64,000 bases of DNA from an uncultured Alphaproteobacteria bacterium (GCA_902600225.1 CACKIH010000005.1:5327-69326), one strand, 5' to 3'. Shown: positions 1 to 10,857, counted from the first letter of the stretch. A program made the numbers and translations. Notes: generated from the sequence alone by a model not told the origin.

Positions 1-354
1 GATATATAAGTTGGATTTAATATTATTAACAACATTTTCATTTTTTAGTGCATCTTTGGAATTATTATGTAAGCTTAATTTAACTTGTACGTATCCACCA
101 CAACATTGTCCAATTCCTGGCCCAAGCGGAATATTCATTACTTTATTTGCTATATTATTATCAATTAATTTTCTCGCTTCATCGATAACTAAATATTCTA
201 AGTTTCCGCCACCGATAGTTCCAAAGATAGTATCAGTTGAGATTAATATAATGTCATCTAAACTATTGGGCGATGATCCTTTAACTTCAATAATTTTAGC
301 CTTAACTATTTTACTATTAAAATTTATATTTTTACTTAATTTTTTAAGATACAT
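1..354 (-). CDS. xdhC: xanthine dehydrogenase accessory/maturation protein XdhC, N-terminal part (gene runs off the left edge)
   Basis: Own translation of the minus strand from ATG (complement of 352-354): MYLKKLSKNINF...GTIGGGNLEYLVIDEARKL...NIPLGPGIGQCCGGYVQVKL. The frame is open to position 1. GQCCGG box as remembered for XdhC. Starts 1 nt after the xdhB stop. Absent from the ORF track because it is truncated. Confidence 0.75.
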   Translation of the reverse strand, partial: MYLKKLSKNINFNSKIVKAKIIEVKGSSPNSLDDIILISTDTIFGTIGGGNLEYLVIDEARKLIDNNIANKVMNIPLGPGIGQCCGGYVQVKLSLHNNSKDALKNENVVNNIKSNLYI

Positions 355-355
355 T

Positions 356-2629
356 TTAATGCAAACTTTTTAAAATATTTTCAGCAGTAGCAGGTGCAAT
401 TAAATTTTCAGAATTTTTTCCTTTATTGGCATTATATACTGCATCCTTTAATGCAATAAAACTTGAAATTGCTAGCATAAATGGTGGCTCTCCAACAGCT
501 TTAGAGCGATTAATAACCTTTTCTTTATTAAAACCACGATCATAAATTTCGACATTAAATTTAAATGGTGTCTCACCTGCAGTTGGTATTTTGTAAGTTG
601 AAGGACTATGAGTTGTTAGAACTCCATTTGATTTCCAAGACACTTCTTCAGTTGTAAGCCAACCTAATCCTTGAATATAACCACCTTCAATTTGCCCCTT
701 ATCAATTCTTTTATTAATAGAATTACCAACATCATGAATTATATCAACTTGAAGAATTTTATTTTCACCTGTTAATTTATCAATGATTACTTCTGTTACC
801 GCTGCTCCATAAGTAAAATATAAGAATGGTCTACCTTGAAGTGTTTTTGTATTTACATTAATTTTGTTAGTTTTATAGAAACCCGAAGATGACAATGGGA
901 TTCTATTTAAGTAAGCAGTATTTATCAATTCTTTAAAAGATATTTTTCTTTTATCAAAATAAACAAAATTATTTTCATATTTTATTTTGCTATTCGTTTT
1001 AAAATAATCATAAATAAATTCATTTAGTCCTGATTTAATATTATTTATAGCATTAACAATTGCTGCTCCATTTATATCAGTTGTAGCTGATGCTGCACTT
1101 GCTGATGTGTTAGGCACTTTTTCTGTGTCCGTTGAAGAGATTTTTATATGTTCGTAATTAAGGCCAAATTCATTTGAAGCCACTAAAGCAAGTTTTGTCA
1201 TTAATCCTTGACCCATTTCAATTCCTCCATGATTTAAATGAATGGATCCATCAGTGTAGATATGAACTAAGGCACCACCTTGATTTAAATGAGTAGTTGT
1301 AAATGATATTCCAAACTTTACAGGTGTTATTGCTATTCCTTTTTTTAAAACTTTATTTTTTTTATTAAAATTATCAATTTCTATTTTTCTTTTTTTGTAA
1401 TTAGATTTTTTAATTAGTTTATTAAAAATATCTTCAATCACATTGTCAGTAATTTTCATCCCATAATGAGTAGTATTTTTAATTTTATCTTTATAAAAAT
1501 TAATTTTTCTTATTTCACTTGCTTCTCGATTTAATTTTTGAGCAATGTTTTCAATTATATTTTCAATACAAAACATTCCTTGAGGCCCACCAAATCCACG
1601 AAAAGCTGTATTAGAAACAGTATTTGTTTTACATCTATACGAATTAATTTCTATATTTGGTAAGAAGTAGGCATTATCTATATGATAGATGGCTCTATCA
1701 TTTATAGCTCCTGATAAATCTGGAGAGATACCACATCTCGATGCCATCATTATTTTTAGAGCAAGTATTTCACCACTATTTTTAAAACCTACTTCATAAT
1801 CAAATAAAAAATCATGCCTTTTTCCAGTCATGATCATATCATCATCTCTATCGACTCTTAACTTTACTGGTTTAGATAATTTTTTTGCTGCAATGCTTGT
1901 AATGGCTGCAAACAAAAAAGATTGTGTTTCTTTTCCTCCAAAACCACCACCAATTCTTCTTACTATCACATGGATACTATTGTAATTTTGTTTAAGAACT
2001 TTACCGATAATTTGCTGTGTTTCTGATGGATGTTGTGTTGAAGAATAAACTAAAAAATTATTATCTTCTTGTGGAATAGTAATTGCAATTTGACCTTCTA
2101 AATAAAAATGATCTTGACCCCCTGAATACAATTTACCTTTTAGAATGTTGTCAGATTTTTTAAACCCATCTTTTATATTTCCTCTAGTTAGATGCTTCGG
2201 TTTTAAAACAAATGATTTTTTCTTTAATGCTTCTTCAATTGATACGATCGGTTTAGATATTTTTAATTCTATTTTTACTTTTAATGCAGCTTTTTTTGCT
2301 AAATTATTGGTCTTTGCTATAACTGCAAAAATTGGTTGCCCATAATATTCTATATTTTTTGAAGTAAATATTTTATCTCCCTTAAATATTGGCCCAACAT
2401 CATTTATACCTTCAATGTCTTTTTCAGTAATAATGTCTACTACACCTTCTGAAGATAAAACATCTTTATAATCAATTTTTTTTATTACTCCTTTACTGCA
2501 ATTACTGTATCCAATTACTGCGTGAAGTAAATTTTTAGGCTCTGATATATCATCAGTATAAATTGCTTTTCCAGTAACATGTTTTACTGCACTTTCATGT
2601 TCAATATTTTTTGTAAATATTTTATCCAT
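356..2629 (-). CDS. xdhB: xanthine dehydrogenase, molybdopterin-binding large subunit
   Basis: 757 aa with aldehyde oxidase/xanthine dehydrogenase a/b-hammerhead and MoCo-binding features (GGGFGGKE, FRGFGGPQG, GEPP near the C-terminus). Directly downstream of the Fe-S/FAD subunit. Confidence 0.9.
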   Translation of the reverse strand: MDKIFTKNIEHESAVKHVTGKAIYTDDISEPKNLLHAVIGYSNCSKGVIKKIDYKDVLSSEGVVDIITEKDIEGINDVGPIFKGDKIFTSKNIEYYGQPIFAVIAKTNNLAKKAALKVKIELKISKPIVSIEEALKKKSFVLKPKHLTRGNIKDGFKKSDNILKGKLYSGGQDHFYLEGQIAITIPQEDNNFLVYSSTQHPSETQQIIGKVLKQNYNSIHVIVRRIGGGFGGKETQSFLFAAITSIAAKKLSKPVKLRVDRDDDMIMTGKRHDFLFDYEVGFKNSGEILALKIMMASRCGISPDLSGAINDRAIYHIDNAYFLPNIEINSYRCKTNTVSNTAFRGFGGPQGMFCIENIIENIAQKLNREASEIRKINFYKDKIKNTTHYGMKITDNVIEDIFNKLIKKSNYKKRKIEIDNFNKKNKVLKKGIAITPVKFGISFTTTHLNQGGALVHIYTDGSIHLNHGGIEMGQGLMTKLALVASNEFGLNYEHIKISSTDTEKVPNTSASAASATTDINGAAIVNAINNIKSGLNEFIYDYFKTNSKIKYENNFVYFDKRKISFKELINTAYLNRIPLSSSGFYKTNKINVNTKTLQGRPFLYFTYGAAVTEVIIDKLTGENKILQVDIIHDVGNSINKRIDKGQIEGGYIQGLGWLTTEEVSWKSNGVLTTHSPSTYKIPTAGETPFKFNVEIYDRGFNKEKVINRSKAVGEPPFMLAISSFIALKDAVYNANKGKNSENLIAPATAENILKSLH

Positions 2630-4044
2630 TAATATAACGTTGATTTAATTTTATTATTTTCATTTAAAAACCTCTCTAGAAGGTTTTGACTAATTTTAGT
2701 TCTATAATTTTTTGACGCTCTCATATCATCTATTGGATCAAATTCTTTTTTAATAATTTTCTTTGCTTCATTAATATTTTCTTCATTAAATATTTTATTC
2801 AATAAAAATTTTTGTGCTTTTTCAGCTATTTTTGGAGTTTCTGCCAAACCTCCACAAACAATTTTTATTTCTTTAATAATATTTTTTTCAATCCTAGCAT
2901 TTATAGCCATGAAAACAGAACTTATGTCATCATCTATTCTTTTTGAAATTTTATAACATTTAAGAATATTTTTTTTATAAATGGGTATTATAATTTCTTT
3001 AATTATTTCATTAGGTTTTAATTTAGTTTTCCGATAGCTGAGAAAATAATTATCCAATAATAAAGTTTTTTTAACTTTTCCTTGAATTACAATTTTACTA
3101 TTGAGTGCAATTAACACAGGCAAACTATCACCTATTGGAGATGCGCTTCCAATGTTACCTCCAAGAGATGCAGTATTTCTTATTTGCTCAGATCCGTATC
3201 TTTCAAACATTTTAGCAAATGTTGGATAAATATTTTCTAAAATTGGTAAAATATCATTTATGGGGGTAGCTGATCCAATGTGTAAATTATTGTTTTTATT
3301 TTTAACATAATTTAAATCATTATTTGATCCTAAATAAAAAATATTTTTTAAATCTTTTCTTTTTTTTGTTACTTCAAGAGCGAGATCTGTACCCCCGACT
3401 AGTAAATGTCCATTACTAATCTTTTGATAGTCTTTTATTAGAGAATTTAAATTATAATGGATGAAAAACTTAGAATCATTTTTTTTAATAACAATATCAG
3501 TTTTCTTAATTGATTTTAATAATCTAATAACTTTACTTTTTGAAAATTTATTACTTTTATAGTTATACATATTCTTAATTGCATTTTTAATTGGAAGATA
3601 ACCTGTACATCTACATAAATTTCCAGAAAGAAATTTATCTATATTTTCTTCTGTTGGTTTTATTTTGTTTTCGTACATATTATACATTGACATAATAATA
3701 CCAGGTGTACAAAAACCACATTGAGATCCATCACTATCAATCATTGATTGTTGAACAGGATGAAGTTTATTTTTTTTTATATGTTCAACTGTTATTAATT
3801 GCTTGCCATGAAGAGAGTACAAAAAAGTAATACAAGTATTTATACTTTTATAAGAAATTTTATTCTCTTTTAATTCTCCTACAACTGCAGTACATGCTCC
3901 GCAATCACCAGATGCGCAACCTTCTTTTGTTCCAGTTAACTCATGATTATTTCGAAGATAATTTAAGACCGTAGTATTTGTGTCTAAATCTTTGATAGAG
4001 ATTTTTTCTTCATTAAGAAGAAAATCGACATGCGCTTTAGACAC
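2629..4044 (-). CDS. xdhA: xanthine dehydrogenase small subunit (2Fe-2S + FAD-binding)
   Basis: 471 aa. N-terminal ferredoxin-type cysteines (GCASGDCGACT) and a second cluster (CGFCTPG...CRCTGY), followed by a CO-dehydrogenase flavoprotein-like FAD domain. Its stop overlaps the xdhB start. Confidence 0.9.
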   Translation of the reverse strand: MSKAHVDFLLNEEKISIKDLDTNTTVLNYLRNNHELTGTKEGCASGDCGACTAVVGELKENKISYKSINTCITFLYSLHGKQLITVEHIKKNKLHPVQQSMIDSDGSQCGFCTPGIIMSMYNMYENKIKPTEENIDKFLSGNLCRCTGYLPIKNAIKNMYNYKSNKFSKSKVIRLLKSIKKTDIVIKKNDSKFFIHYNLNSLIKDYQKISNGHLLVGGTDLALEVTKKRKDLKNIFYLGSNNDLNYVKNKNNNLHIGSATPINDILPILENIYPTFAKMFERYGSEQIRNTASLGGNIGSASPIGDSLPVLIALNSKIVIQGKVKKTLLLDNYFLSYRKTKLKPNEIIKEIIIPIYKKNILKCYKISKRIDDDISSVFMAINARIEKNIIKEIKIVCGGLAETPKIAEKAQKFLLNKIFNEENINEAKKIIKKEFDPIDDMRASKNYRTKISQNLLERFLNENNKIKSTLY

Positions 4045-4397
4045 TAGCTTCCTCTATATGTTGAATAACTCCACGGGGTAATAAGAAGAGGTACATGGTA
4101 GTGCTCTTCTTTGTTAATTCCAAATCTAATTATTACGTCATCAAGAAAAAATGGTTCATCAAGATTTGTAAATTCCTTAAAATAACTCCCGCAAAGAAAT
4201 AATAACTCATATTTTCCAAGTATAAAATTCTTTTTACTTAATATAGGCTCATCACATCTGCCATCTTCATTGAGAATGAAATTTGAAATTTTAACTTTAT
4301 TTTCACCATCAATTTTGAAAAGTGACCCTTTTATACCAGAACCAGGCTTACCATTATAGGTATCCAAAACATGAGTAGTTAAATATCCTTTAGACAT
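4044..4397 (-). CDS. hiuH: 5-hydroxyisourate hydrolase (transthyretin-like)
   Basis: 117 aa. THVLD near the N-terminus and the C-terminal YSTYRGS signature of HIUases. First gene of the xdh string. Confidence 0.85.
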   Translation of the reverse strand: MSKGYLTTHVLDTYNGKPGSGIKGSLFKIDGENKVKISNFILNEDGRCDEPILSKKNFILGKYELLFLCGSYFKEFTNLDEPFFLDDVIIRFGINKEEHYHVPLLITPWSYSTYRGS

Positions 4398-4449
4398 AAT
4401 ACTTATTCGTTTATACAGTATTTAGCTAAATATTAAATCAAGCATTTTT

Positions 4450-5361
4450 ATGAAAGACGACAGAAATTATAAAGGCTACGGAAATAATGACTCTAACTTT
4501 TATTGGCCTAATAAATCAAAACTAGCTCTTCAATTTGTTCTAAATTATGAGGAAGGTGCTGAAAATTCAATAATGAATGGTGACGAAGGATCAGAAACTT
4601 TTTTATCGGAAATAATTAATGCAAAGGAAATAATAGGTGCCAGAAATATGAATATGGAATCAATATATGAGTATGGCTCAAGAAGGGGTTTTTGGAGAAT
4701 ACATAATGAGTTTGAAAAAAGAAAATTACCTTTAACAATATTTGGCGTTGGCATGGCTTTAGAAAAAAATCCTGATGTTTGTGAACAAATAATTAAATCA
4801 AAGTATGAAGTAGCTAGCCATGGTTATCGATGGATAGACTATCAAAATATAACTGAGGAAGTTGAAAAAGAACATACTATAAAATGTAACAACATTATTA
4901 AAGATATTTTTGGTTATTTTCCGTCTGGTTGGTATACTGGTAGAACAAGCCCAAATACAAGAAATATAATTCTAGAAAATACAAATATTATTTACGATAG
5001 TGATTCCTATGCTGATGATTTACCCTACTGGATAAAAGTAAAAAATAAAAAACATCTAATTATTCCATACACTTTAGATAATAATGATATGAGATTCTCT
5101 ACCTTACAAGGTTTTAACACAGGTGAGGATTTTTATAATTATTTAAAAAACTCATTTGATACATTATACAGAGAAGCAAACGAGTTCAATAAACCAAAAA
5201 TGATGAGTGTGGGTTTACATTGTCGTTTAATAGCCAGACCTGGAAGATTTATGTCTTTGGTAAAATTTTTGAATTATGTTTCTGGTTATAATGATATTTG
5301 GATATGCAAAAGAGAGGAAATTGCCAATTATTGGTATGAAAATTTTAGTGATGAAAATTGA
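4450..5361 (+). CDS. puuE: PuuE-type allantoinase (polysaccharide deacetylase fold)
   Basis: 303 aa, polysaccharide-deacetylase-like, about the PuuE size. Heads the uraD-alc-allA string and is divergent from hiuH across a 52 nt spacer. Confidence 0.75.
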   Translation: MKDDRNYKGYGNNDSNFYWPNKSKLALQFVLNYEEGAENSIMNGDEGSETFLSEIINAKEIIGARNMNMESIYEYGSRRGFWRIHNEFEKRKLPLTIFGVGMALEKNPDVCEQIIKSKYEVASHGYRWIDYQNITEEVEKEHTIKCNNIIKDIFGYFPSGWYTGRTSPNTRNIILENTNIIYDSDSYADDLPYWIKVKNKKHLIIPYTLDNNDMRFSTLQGFNTGEDFYNYLKNSFDTLYREANEFNKPKMMSVGLHCRLIARPGRFMSLVKFLNYVSGYNDIWICKREEIANYWYENFSDEN

Positions 5362-5860
5362 AGATATTAATAATTATAACTCTGAAAAATTTATTGATTC
5401 TTTTAAAAATATTTATGAAGAATCTAAATTTATAACAGAACATGCTGATAAAAAGCGACCATTTAAAAATAAAAAAGAAATGATATTAATATTTTTAGAG
5501 TTGTTTGATAATTTAGATGAAGAAACTAAAATAAATATAATTAAAAAACATCCTGATCTAGCCGATAAAATAAAAATAAATAAAGGTTTGTCTGAATTAT
5601 CTGATGAAGAACAAAGTAGATCTGGTTTAAAAGATTGTTCAGAACAAGAATTTAACTTATTTAAAGATTTAAATTCAAGATTTAAAAATAAATTTAATAT
5701 TCCATTTATTTTTGCAGTTAGAAATAAAAATAAAAATGAAATTATAACAGAGTTTAAAAGTAGATTAGACAATAATGATTTAAACTTAGAAATAAAAACT
5801 TCAATTTCACAAGTAAAAGAAATTGCAAAATTAAGATTAACAGAATTAATTAATGAATAA
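5351..5860 (+). CDS. uraD: 2-oxo-4-hydroxy-4-carboxy-5-ureidoimidazoline (OHCU) decarboxylase
   Basis: The track ORF 5276-5860 begins inside puuE. Internal ATGs at 5336 and 5351 give about 170 aa (MKIEDINN...). HPDLA motif, size and purine context fit UraD. The exact start is uncertain. Confidence 0.7.
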   Translation: MKIEDINNYNSEKFIDSFKNIYEESKFITEHADKKRPFKNKKEMILIFLELFDNLDEETKINIIKKHPDLADKIKINKGLSELSDEEQSRSGLKDCSEQEFNLFKDLNSRFKNKFNIPFIFAVRNKNKNEIITEFKSRLDNNDLNLEIKTSISQVKEIAKLRLTELINE

Positions 5861-6830
5861 GAATTACATTCAAAAAAATTATATAAACTTATCTAGTAAG
5901 GTTTTAGGTACAAAAATTCATAGATTTTCTGATCAGTTTTTTGGATCAGCATCCAGATTGCTTAAAGAGGAACAGCCAATTTTTAAAGAAGGAGTTTACG
6001 ATAAAAATGGGAAATGGATGGATGGATGGGAAACAAGAAGAAAAAGAATTGAAGGAAATGATTATGTTACTATTAAATTAGGCCTTCCTGGTAAAATTAA
6101 TTTTGCTGAAATAGACACAAGCTATTTTAATGGCAATCAACCTGAATACGCAAGCATTGATGCTTGTTATTTTGAAAAAAATAAATTTAATTGGGTAAAT
6201 ATTTTATCAAAAAGGAAACTTCATCCAAATTATCTTCATGGTTTTAAAACTCAACAGAATAATAAAGTTTTTAACTTCATAAGATTGAACATCTATCCAG
6301 ATGGAGGAGTTGCAAGATTAAAATTATTAGGAAATCTAGATGTATCAAAATTAAAATTTCCAAATAAAAAATTTGATTTACTTAGCATCCTTAATGGTTC
6401 AAAAATTGTGGCATGTAGTGATGAACATTTTGGAAAGGCAGAAAATTTATTACTTCCATTTAAATCTAAAAATATGGGCAATGGTTGGGAAACTAAAAGA
6501 AGAAGAGGATCAGGATATGACTGGGTTATAATTAAACTTGGCAAACCTGGTTTAATTGAAAAGTTTAATATTGAAACTCATTATTTTAAGGGTAATTATC
6601 CATCTCATTGCTCAGTACAAGGTCTTTATTCAATAAAAAATATAAATATAAGCAAATTAATAAATGGAAGCAAAAATTGGAAATTTTTAATAAAAAATAA
6701 AAATCTTAAACCCAATTCATCATTAAAAATTAATTCATCTAAACACATTAAAAAAATAAATTATTTGAAGTTAAATATTTATCCTGACGGTGGTATTTCA
6801 CGGATCAGGGCAATTGGAAAGTTTTTGTGA
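5853..6830 (+). CDS. alc: allantoicase
   Basis: 325 aa with two internal allantoicase repeats (WETRRKR...YPDGGVARLK and WETKRRRG...YPDGGISRIRA). Overlaps uraD by 8 nt. Confidence 0.85.
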   Translation: MNKNYIQKNYINLSSKVLGTKIHRFSDQFFGSASRLLKEEQPIFKEGVYDKNGKWMDGWETRRKRIEGNDYVTIKLGLPGKINFAEIDTSYFNGNQPEYASIDACYFEKNKFNWVNILSKRKLHPNYLHGFKTQQNNKVFNFIRLNIYPDGGVARLKLLGNLDVSKLKFPNKKFDLLSILNGSKIVACSDEHFGKAENLLLPFKSKNMGNGWETKRRRGSGYDWVIIKLGKPGLIEKFNIETHYFKGNYPSHCSVQGLYSIKNINISKLINGSKNWKFLIKNKNLKPNSSLKINSSKHIKKINYLKLNIYPDGGISRIRAIGKFL

Positions 6831-7321
6831 ACTATAAAATAAAGAATATTAGTAAAGAGAATTTCAAAAATTATGGTGATTTAATTACAACATCTAATAA
6901 AAATTATGAAAGTATTAATAAAGATACAACCGATAGTTTTTTTGATTTAGCAAATATTCAAATAATTGGTGATGACAAAAGATCTAGATTAAATATTTTT
7001 CAGGCAAAGAAAAGAAACTTTCCATTAAAAATTAACATGTTAGAAAACCACCCCTTTAGTTCTCAAGTATTTCTTCCGTTTAATGCTACAGGCTTTTTAG
7101 TTTTAGTTGCTCCAATAGGTAACAAACCTAAAATTGATTTAATTGAAATATTCAAAGTAAGCGGTGGTGATGGTATAAATTTTAATCCCAAAGTATGGCA
7201 TTTTCCTCTAATATCTCTTGAGAATGAAAAATATATTACCATTGATAAAAAAGATGCGGATAATAATATTGAGATTTATAATTTTGAACAATCAGAAATA
7301 TTTGAATTAAATTATGAGTGA
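6827..7321 (+). CDS. allA: ureidoglycolate lyase
   Basis: 164 aa with AllA-like features (NHPFSSQVFLP, WHFPL). GTG start in a GTGA overlap with the alc stop. Confidence 0.8.
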   Translation: MNYKIKNISKENFKNYGDLITTSNKNYESINKDTTDSFFDLANIQIIGDDKRSRLNIFQAKKRNFPLKINMLENHPFSSQVFLPFNATGFLVLVAPIGNKPKIDLIEIFKVSGGDGINFNPKVWHFPLISLENEKYITIDKKDADNNIEIYNFEQSEIFELNYE

Positions 7322-8819
7322 TACAATATTAAATATAGAAAATATTACAAAATCTTTTCCAAGAGTAATTGCAAATAAAAAGGTTACTTTTGATATTAAA
7401 AAAAATGCAGTTCATGCAATTTTAGGAGAAAATGGAGCAGGGAAATCTACGTTGGTAAAAATTCTATATGGTCTCTTAGAGCCAGATGAAGGAAATATTA
7501 AATTAAATAATAAGGATTTTAAAGTTAATTCCCCAGCAGAAGCAAGGAAACAAGGAATAGGAATGGTATTTCAGCATTTTTCTTTATTTGATTCTTTATC
7601 AGTAAAAGAAAATTTAATTTTAGGAATTGATGAAAAGATGTCTTATTCAGATTTAGAAAATAAGCTAGAAAATATAAGCTCAAGATATAATCTTCCCTTA
7701 GATTTAGATGCTCCAATTACGGCTTTATCAGCTGGAGAAAAGCAGCGTGTAGAAATTGTAAGAATTTTATTACAAGACCCTCAGATACTTATTATGGATG
7801 AGCCAACTTCAGTCTTAACACCACAAGAAGTTGAAAGTTTATTTGTAACATTAAATGCACTCGTCAAAGAAGGTCGTACAATATTATATATCACTCATAA
7901 ACTCGAAGAAGTAATATCAATATGTGATACAGTTACTATAATGAGAAGTGGTGAAATTATAGACACTTCAAGTACTGCAAATCAAACTGCAAAAACACTT
8001 GCAACAAAAATGCTAGGACAAAAATTAGATGACTTAAAAACTAATTATGGACATATAAAAGACGAAGTTAACTTTGAAGTAAAAAATATTTCATGTAACT
8101 TTAATGATCCATTTTTAACAGATCTTAAAAATATTTCTTTTCAAGTTAGAGTGGGTGAAATTTATGGCATTGCTGGAGTTGCTGGTAATGGACAATCAGA
8201 ATTAATGGATATTTTAACAGGAGAAAATATAAATATTAAATCTGGATCAATTACTTTTGATAATAAAAAAATTGAAAAGTATGGGCCACAAAAAAGAAGA
8301 GATTTATCTATTTCTTTTGTTCCGGAGAATAGATTGGGTCATAGTGCGGTACCTGAGTTAAGTTTGTCTGAAAATATTCTTTTGAGTCAATTTCCAAAAA
8401 ATAATTTTATTAGAAATGGCATAATATTGAAAAATAACGTTGATGATTTTGCGAATAATGTAATTAATGAATTTAAAGTTATTACTCCTGGTAATGATGC
8501 TAAAGCATCAAGCTTGTCCGGAGGAAATTTACAAAAATATGTCATCGGTAGAGAAATATCATCTAAGCCAAAAATATTAATTATTTCACATCCTACTTGG
8601 GGGATAGATGCTGGTGCTGAGCATTCTATAAGAGAGTCTTTGATAGAATTATCTCAAAATGGAACGTCTATAATCGTTATTTCTCAAGATTTAGATGAAT
8701 TGATTGAAATTACTCATAAAATATCTGTTATTTATGATGGTAATTTATCCAAACCTTTTAAAACTAGTGAAATAGAAATAGAAAAATTAGGATTATTGAT
8801 GGGTGGAAAAAATGAATAG
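7314..8819 (+). CDS. ABC transporter ATP-binding protein with two NBDs (nucleoside/purine-type, BMP-family system)
   Basis: 501 aa. Walker A GENGAGKST, signature LSAGEKQR, second NBD GVAGNGQSE / LSGGNLQK. Overlaps allA by 8 nt. Confidence 0.9.
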   Translation: MSDTILNIENITKSFPRVIANKKVTFDIKKNAVHAILGENGAGKSTLVKILYGLLEPDEGNIKLNNKDFKVNSPAEARKQGIGMVFQHFSLFDSLSVKENLILGIDEKMSYSDLENKLENISSRYNLPLDLDAPITALSAGEKQRVEIVRILLQDPQILIMDEPTSVLTPQEVESLFVTLNALVKEGRTILYITHKLEEVISICDTVTIMRSGEIIDTSSTANQTAKTLATKMLGQKLDDLKTNYGHIKDEVNFEVKNISCNFNDPFLTDLKNISFQVRVGEIYGIAGVAGNGQSELMDILTGENINIKSGSITFDNKKIEKYGPQKRRDLSISFVPENRLGHSAVPELSLSENILLSQFPKNNFIRNGIILKNNVDDFANNVINEFKVITPGNDAKASSLSGGNLQKYVIGREISSKPKILIISHPTWGIDAGAEHSIRESLIELSQNGTSIIVISQDLDELIEITHKISVIYDGNLSKPFKTSEIEIEKLGLLMGGKNE

Positions 8820-9885
8820 TTTATTTCCATCTATAGTTTCTCGCTCACAGAGTTCGGGTTTAATGAATTTTTTTGTTCCTATAATATCAATAGTTTTAAC
8901 TTTAATTACAGGTTCAATTATTTTTGTTCTTCTTGGTTTTGATCCAATTTATGCATTGTATACATTTTTTATTTCACCTATTTCTTCAACCTACGGTATT
9001 TCTGAATTGTTTGTAAAAGCAACTCCTTTAGCCTTAATTGCAATTGGTCTCTCATATTGTTTTAAGAATAATATTTATAATATTGGAGCTGAAGGACAAC
9101 TTACCATGGGTGCAATTTTTGGAGGAGGTATTGGAATATTTTTTCATGATACAAATGCTTTCTGGTTGTTGCCATTAATGATTTTTGCAGGAGCAATTGG
9201 AGGCGCATTGTGGGGTTTGATACCTGCTATTTTAAAAACAAAATTTAATACAAATGAAATTTTAACAAGTTTAATGTTAGTTTATGTTGCTTTATTTATT
9301 TTAGATTATTTAGTAGTGGGACCTTGGAAAGATCCATTTGGTTATAGTTTTCCTAAATCAAGACCATTTAGTGAATCTGGAAGAATGCCTTTATTATTTG
9401 ATGGTTTGAGGGTGCACTTTGGTCTAATTATAACGCTATTTTTAATTTTTGTATCTTGGTTTATATTTTCAAAAACTATTTTTGGCTTTCAATTAAAAGT
9501 ATCCGGTTACAGCCCCAAAGCTGCTAGATATGCTGGTTTTAATCAAACAACTTTAGTTTTTTTTGCTTTTGCAATTTGTGGCGCTTTTGCAGGTATTGCA
9601 GGTTTAGCTGAAGTATCTGGTCCAATTGGATTATTATATAGAGATATTTCTCCAAATTATGGATTTACTGCAATAATTGTTGCTTTTTTAGGTAGACTGC
9701 ACCCAATTGGTATTATTTTTGCTTCTTTAGTTATCGCTCTTACTTATCTTGGTGCTGAAGATGCACAATTGTTTTTACAAATACCTTCAGCGGTAGGTTT
9801 TATATTTCAGGGTTTGGTTTTATTTTATTTATTAGGTGCGGAATTACTAATTAACTATAAATTAACTTACAAAAAATTATTATGA
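8803..9885 (+). CDS. ABC transporter permease (BMP-family system)
   Basis: 360 aa polytopic membrane protein. Overlaps the ATPase gene by 17 nt. Confidence 0.85.
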   Translation: MEKMNSLFPSIVSRSQSSGLMNFFVPIISIVLTLITGSIIFVLLGFDPIYALYTFFISPISSTYGISELFVKATPLALIAIGLSYCFKNNIYNIGAEGQLTMGAIFGGGIGIFFHDTNAFWLLPLMIFAGAIGGALWGLIPAILKTKFNTNEILTSLMLVYVALFILDYLVVGPWKDPFGYSFPKSRPFSESGRMPLLFDGLRVHFGLIITLFLIFVSWFIFSKTIFGFQLKVSGYSPKAARYAGFNQTTLVFFAFAICGAFAGIAGLAEVSGPIGLLYRDISPNYGFTAIIVAFLGRLHPIGIIFASLVIALTYLGAEDAQLFLQIPSAVGFIFQGLVLFYLLGAELLINYKLTYKKLL

Positions 9886-10751
9886 ATTTAGATTTAATAT
9901 TTGGAATATTACAAATTGTTTTAATTGCAACAACACCTCTAGTTTTTGCTGGTATAGGTGAGTTAGTTACAGAAAAATCTGGAGTATTAAATTTAGGTGT
10001 AGAAGGAATGATGTTGGTAGGAGCAGTGTCAGCTTTTATTATCTTAGTAATTACCGGAAGTTATTTTTTAGCTTTTTTTGTATCTATATTATCTGGAATT
10101 ATCATGTCTGGTTTATTTGCTTTTTTAGTTCTATTTTTAATGTCAAATCAAATTGCGACAGGATTAGCATTAACTATTTTTGGAATAGGGCTGAGTTCTA
10201 TGCTTGGCAAACAATATATTGGAACACCAATTGATGGTCTGTCACCATGGTTTTTTGTTATATTTTCTTTCTTAATTGTTTTTTTGGTTAGTTATTTTTT
10301 TTACAAAACTAAAGCCGGTTTGATTTTAAGAGCAGTAGGGGAATCTCATAATTCTGCTCATGCATTAGGATATAGCGTTATTAAAATTAGATTTTTATCA
10401 ATTATATTTGGAGGTTCTATGTGTGCTCTTGCAGGATCATATATTTCAATTTGTTATGCTCCAATGTGGCAAGAGGGTATGACAGCTGGACGAGGATGGA
10501 TAGCATTAGCTTTAGTTGTATTTGCAACTTGGAAACCAGAAAGAGTACTTATTGGAGCTTATATATTTGGAGGTGTAACTATTCTTCAAATGAATCTTCA
10601 GGCTTTAGGTTTAAGATTTCCTGGTCAATTTTTCAGCATGGCGCCATATGTTGCAACTATTATAGTTTTAGTATTAATTTCTAGTAATAAATTAAGAATA
10701 AAACTCAGTGCACCAGCTTCATTAACTATTCCTTTTTATAAAGGCAGATAA
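9882..10751 (+). CDS. ABC transporter permease (BMP-family system)
   Basis: 289 aa polytopic membrane protein. ATGA overlap with the preceding permease gene. Confidence 0.85.
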   Translation: MNLDLIFGILQIVLIATTPLVFAGIGELVTEKSGVLNLGVEGMMLVGAVSAFIILVITGSYFLAFFVSILSGIIMSGLFAFLVLFLMSNQIATGLALTIFGIGLSSMLGKQYIGTPIDGLSPWFFVIFSFLIVFLVSYFFYKTKAGLILRAVGESHNSAHALGYSVIKIRFLSIIFGGSMCALAGSYISICYAPMWQEGMTAGRGWIALALVVFATWKPERVLIGAYIFGGVTILQMNLQALGLRFPGQFFSMAPYVATIIVLVLISSNKLRIKLSAPASLTIPFYKGR

Positions 10752-10857
10752 ATATCCACTTCTTTTTTTCTATAATCATATAGATTTATTGATCAAACCT
10801 ATTTGTATATATTAAGTATATACTTGAGTAATCGTTATATTAGCAGGTGAGGTTAAA

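Noticed and set aside
11-373. 120-aa plus-strand ORF at the left edge
   Set aside because: It lies entirely antisense to a frame that translates into a convincing XdhC N-terminus (GQCCGG motif) contiguous with xdhB. Its own product is low-complexity and hydrophobic, as expected from reading AT-rich coding DNA backwards.
10814-10825. Perfect 12-bp palindrome AAGTATATACTT in the spacer before the binding-protein gene
   Set aside because: In DNA this AT-rich, dozens of 12-bp palindromes are expected by chance in 64 kb (rough estimate). There is no second copy at the divergent hiuH/puuE spacer and no regulator gene nearby.
10752-10857. Possible purine riboswitch upstream of the binding-protein gene (begins with TATAATC, purine context)
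   Set aside because: I could not find the conserved J2-3 and loop elements (the U-rich ...UUUCUACC... and complementary L2/L3 loops) or a convincing three-way junction. It needs a covariance-model scan to be sure, but nothing supports it by eye.
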